From contig NC_068999.1 of NCBI RefSeq assembly GCF_001194135.2, forward strand, positions 22,145,021-22,208,883: a stretch of DNA of 63,863 nt. The letters run 5' to 3'. The notes beneath the pieces were generated by a model. It was not told where the DNA came from and searched no databases. It saw nothing but the letters and a program-made list of their open reading frames with translations. Source of the DNA: Octopus bimaculoides. Its lineage: Eukaryota. The translations under genes were made by a program, and so were the position numbers. Shown in pieces: positions 63,616-63,863 of the stretch (positions are counted from its first letter, which is position 1; every line of letters begins with the position of its first letter).

Positions 63616-63863
63616 ATACAACGCACAGAAGGTGGCAGGGGTCTTATACAGCTAGAAAACTATTACAAAAAATAACCACCATAGGACTGCAAAAATACCT
63701 ACTCCAGAAGCAAGGGAAACTAATACAAATAGCCACAAAACACGAGCAAAACAAAAAACTGTTTTCAGTATTTAAGGAAGCTGACAAATACAAACAAGAA
63801 ATCAATCTACCTAACAAATACGAAGAAGAAGAAGAAACAACAAAAGCTATAAAACAAATGAAA
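63616..63863 (+). pseudogene. 5'-truncated non-LTR retrotransposon fragment (R4/Dong/NeSL-like post-RT region), continues past the window end
   Basis: RTEGGRGLIQLE resembles the LYLPRKEGGRGL motif; after a frameshift in an A-run the frame stays open to the edge (ITTIGLQKYL...KAIKQMK). Confidence 0.6.

Noticed and set aside
47163-63863. Expected SH3 and N-terminal SH2 exons
   Set aside because: No ALYDY, GDWW or WYF-type motifs found by eye; presumed beyond the window, though a small exon could be missed or lie in a gap

Overview
AT-rich, repeat-dense animal genomic DNA with five N-gaps. Repeat content and microsatellite load suggest a coleoid cephalopod, probably Octopus (inference from recall, not a database match). 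The only host gene supported is the 3' part of a Src42A/Frk-type tyrosine kinase on the minus strand: six GT-AG exons from the SH2 C-terminal half (47162) to the stop (12176), all phase-compatible. The SH3 and N-terminal SH2 exons were not found and presumably lie beyond the right edge. The rest is intron or intergenic sequence filled with SINEs, two mariner relics, a hAT element with an exact 8-bp TSD, piggyBac-type MITEs, RTE/CR1/R4 LINE fragments and Penelope-like remnants. Main finding: the 23.5-kb intron splitting the kinase domain at the alphaD-alphaE loop (LLDYLQ|GKGR) holds two separate 9-nt, frame-preserving candidate microexons. Each has a YAG acceptor and a GTAAGT donor (38635-38643 adds VSA; 33073-33081 adds VYD), suggesting a combinatorial microexon switch. 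This is predicted from splice signals only and needs RNA-seq. A second notable item is an inverted pair of decayed minimal hammerhead-ribozyme motifs (50175-50483).
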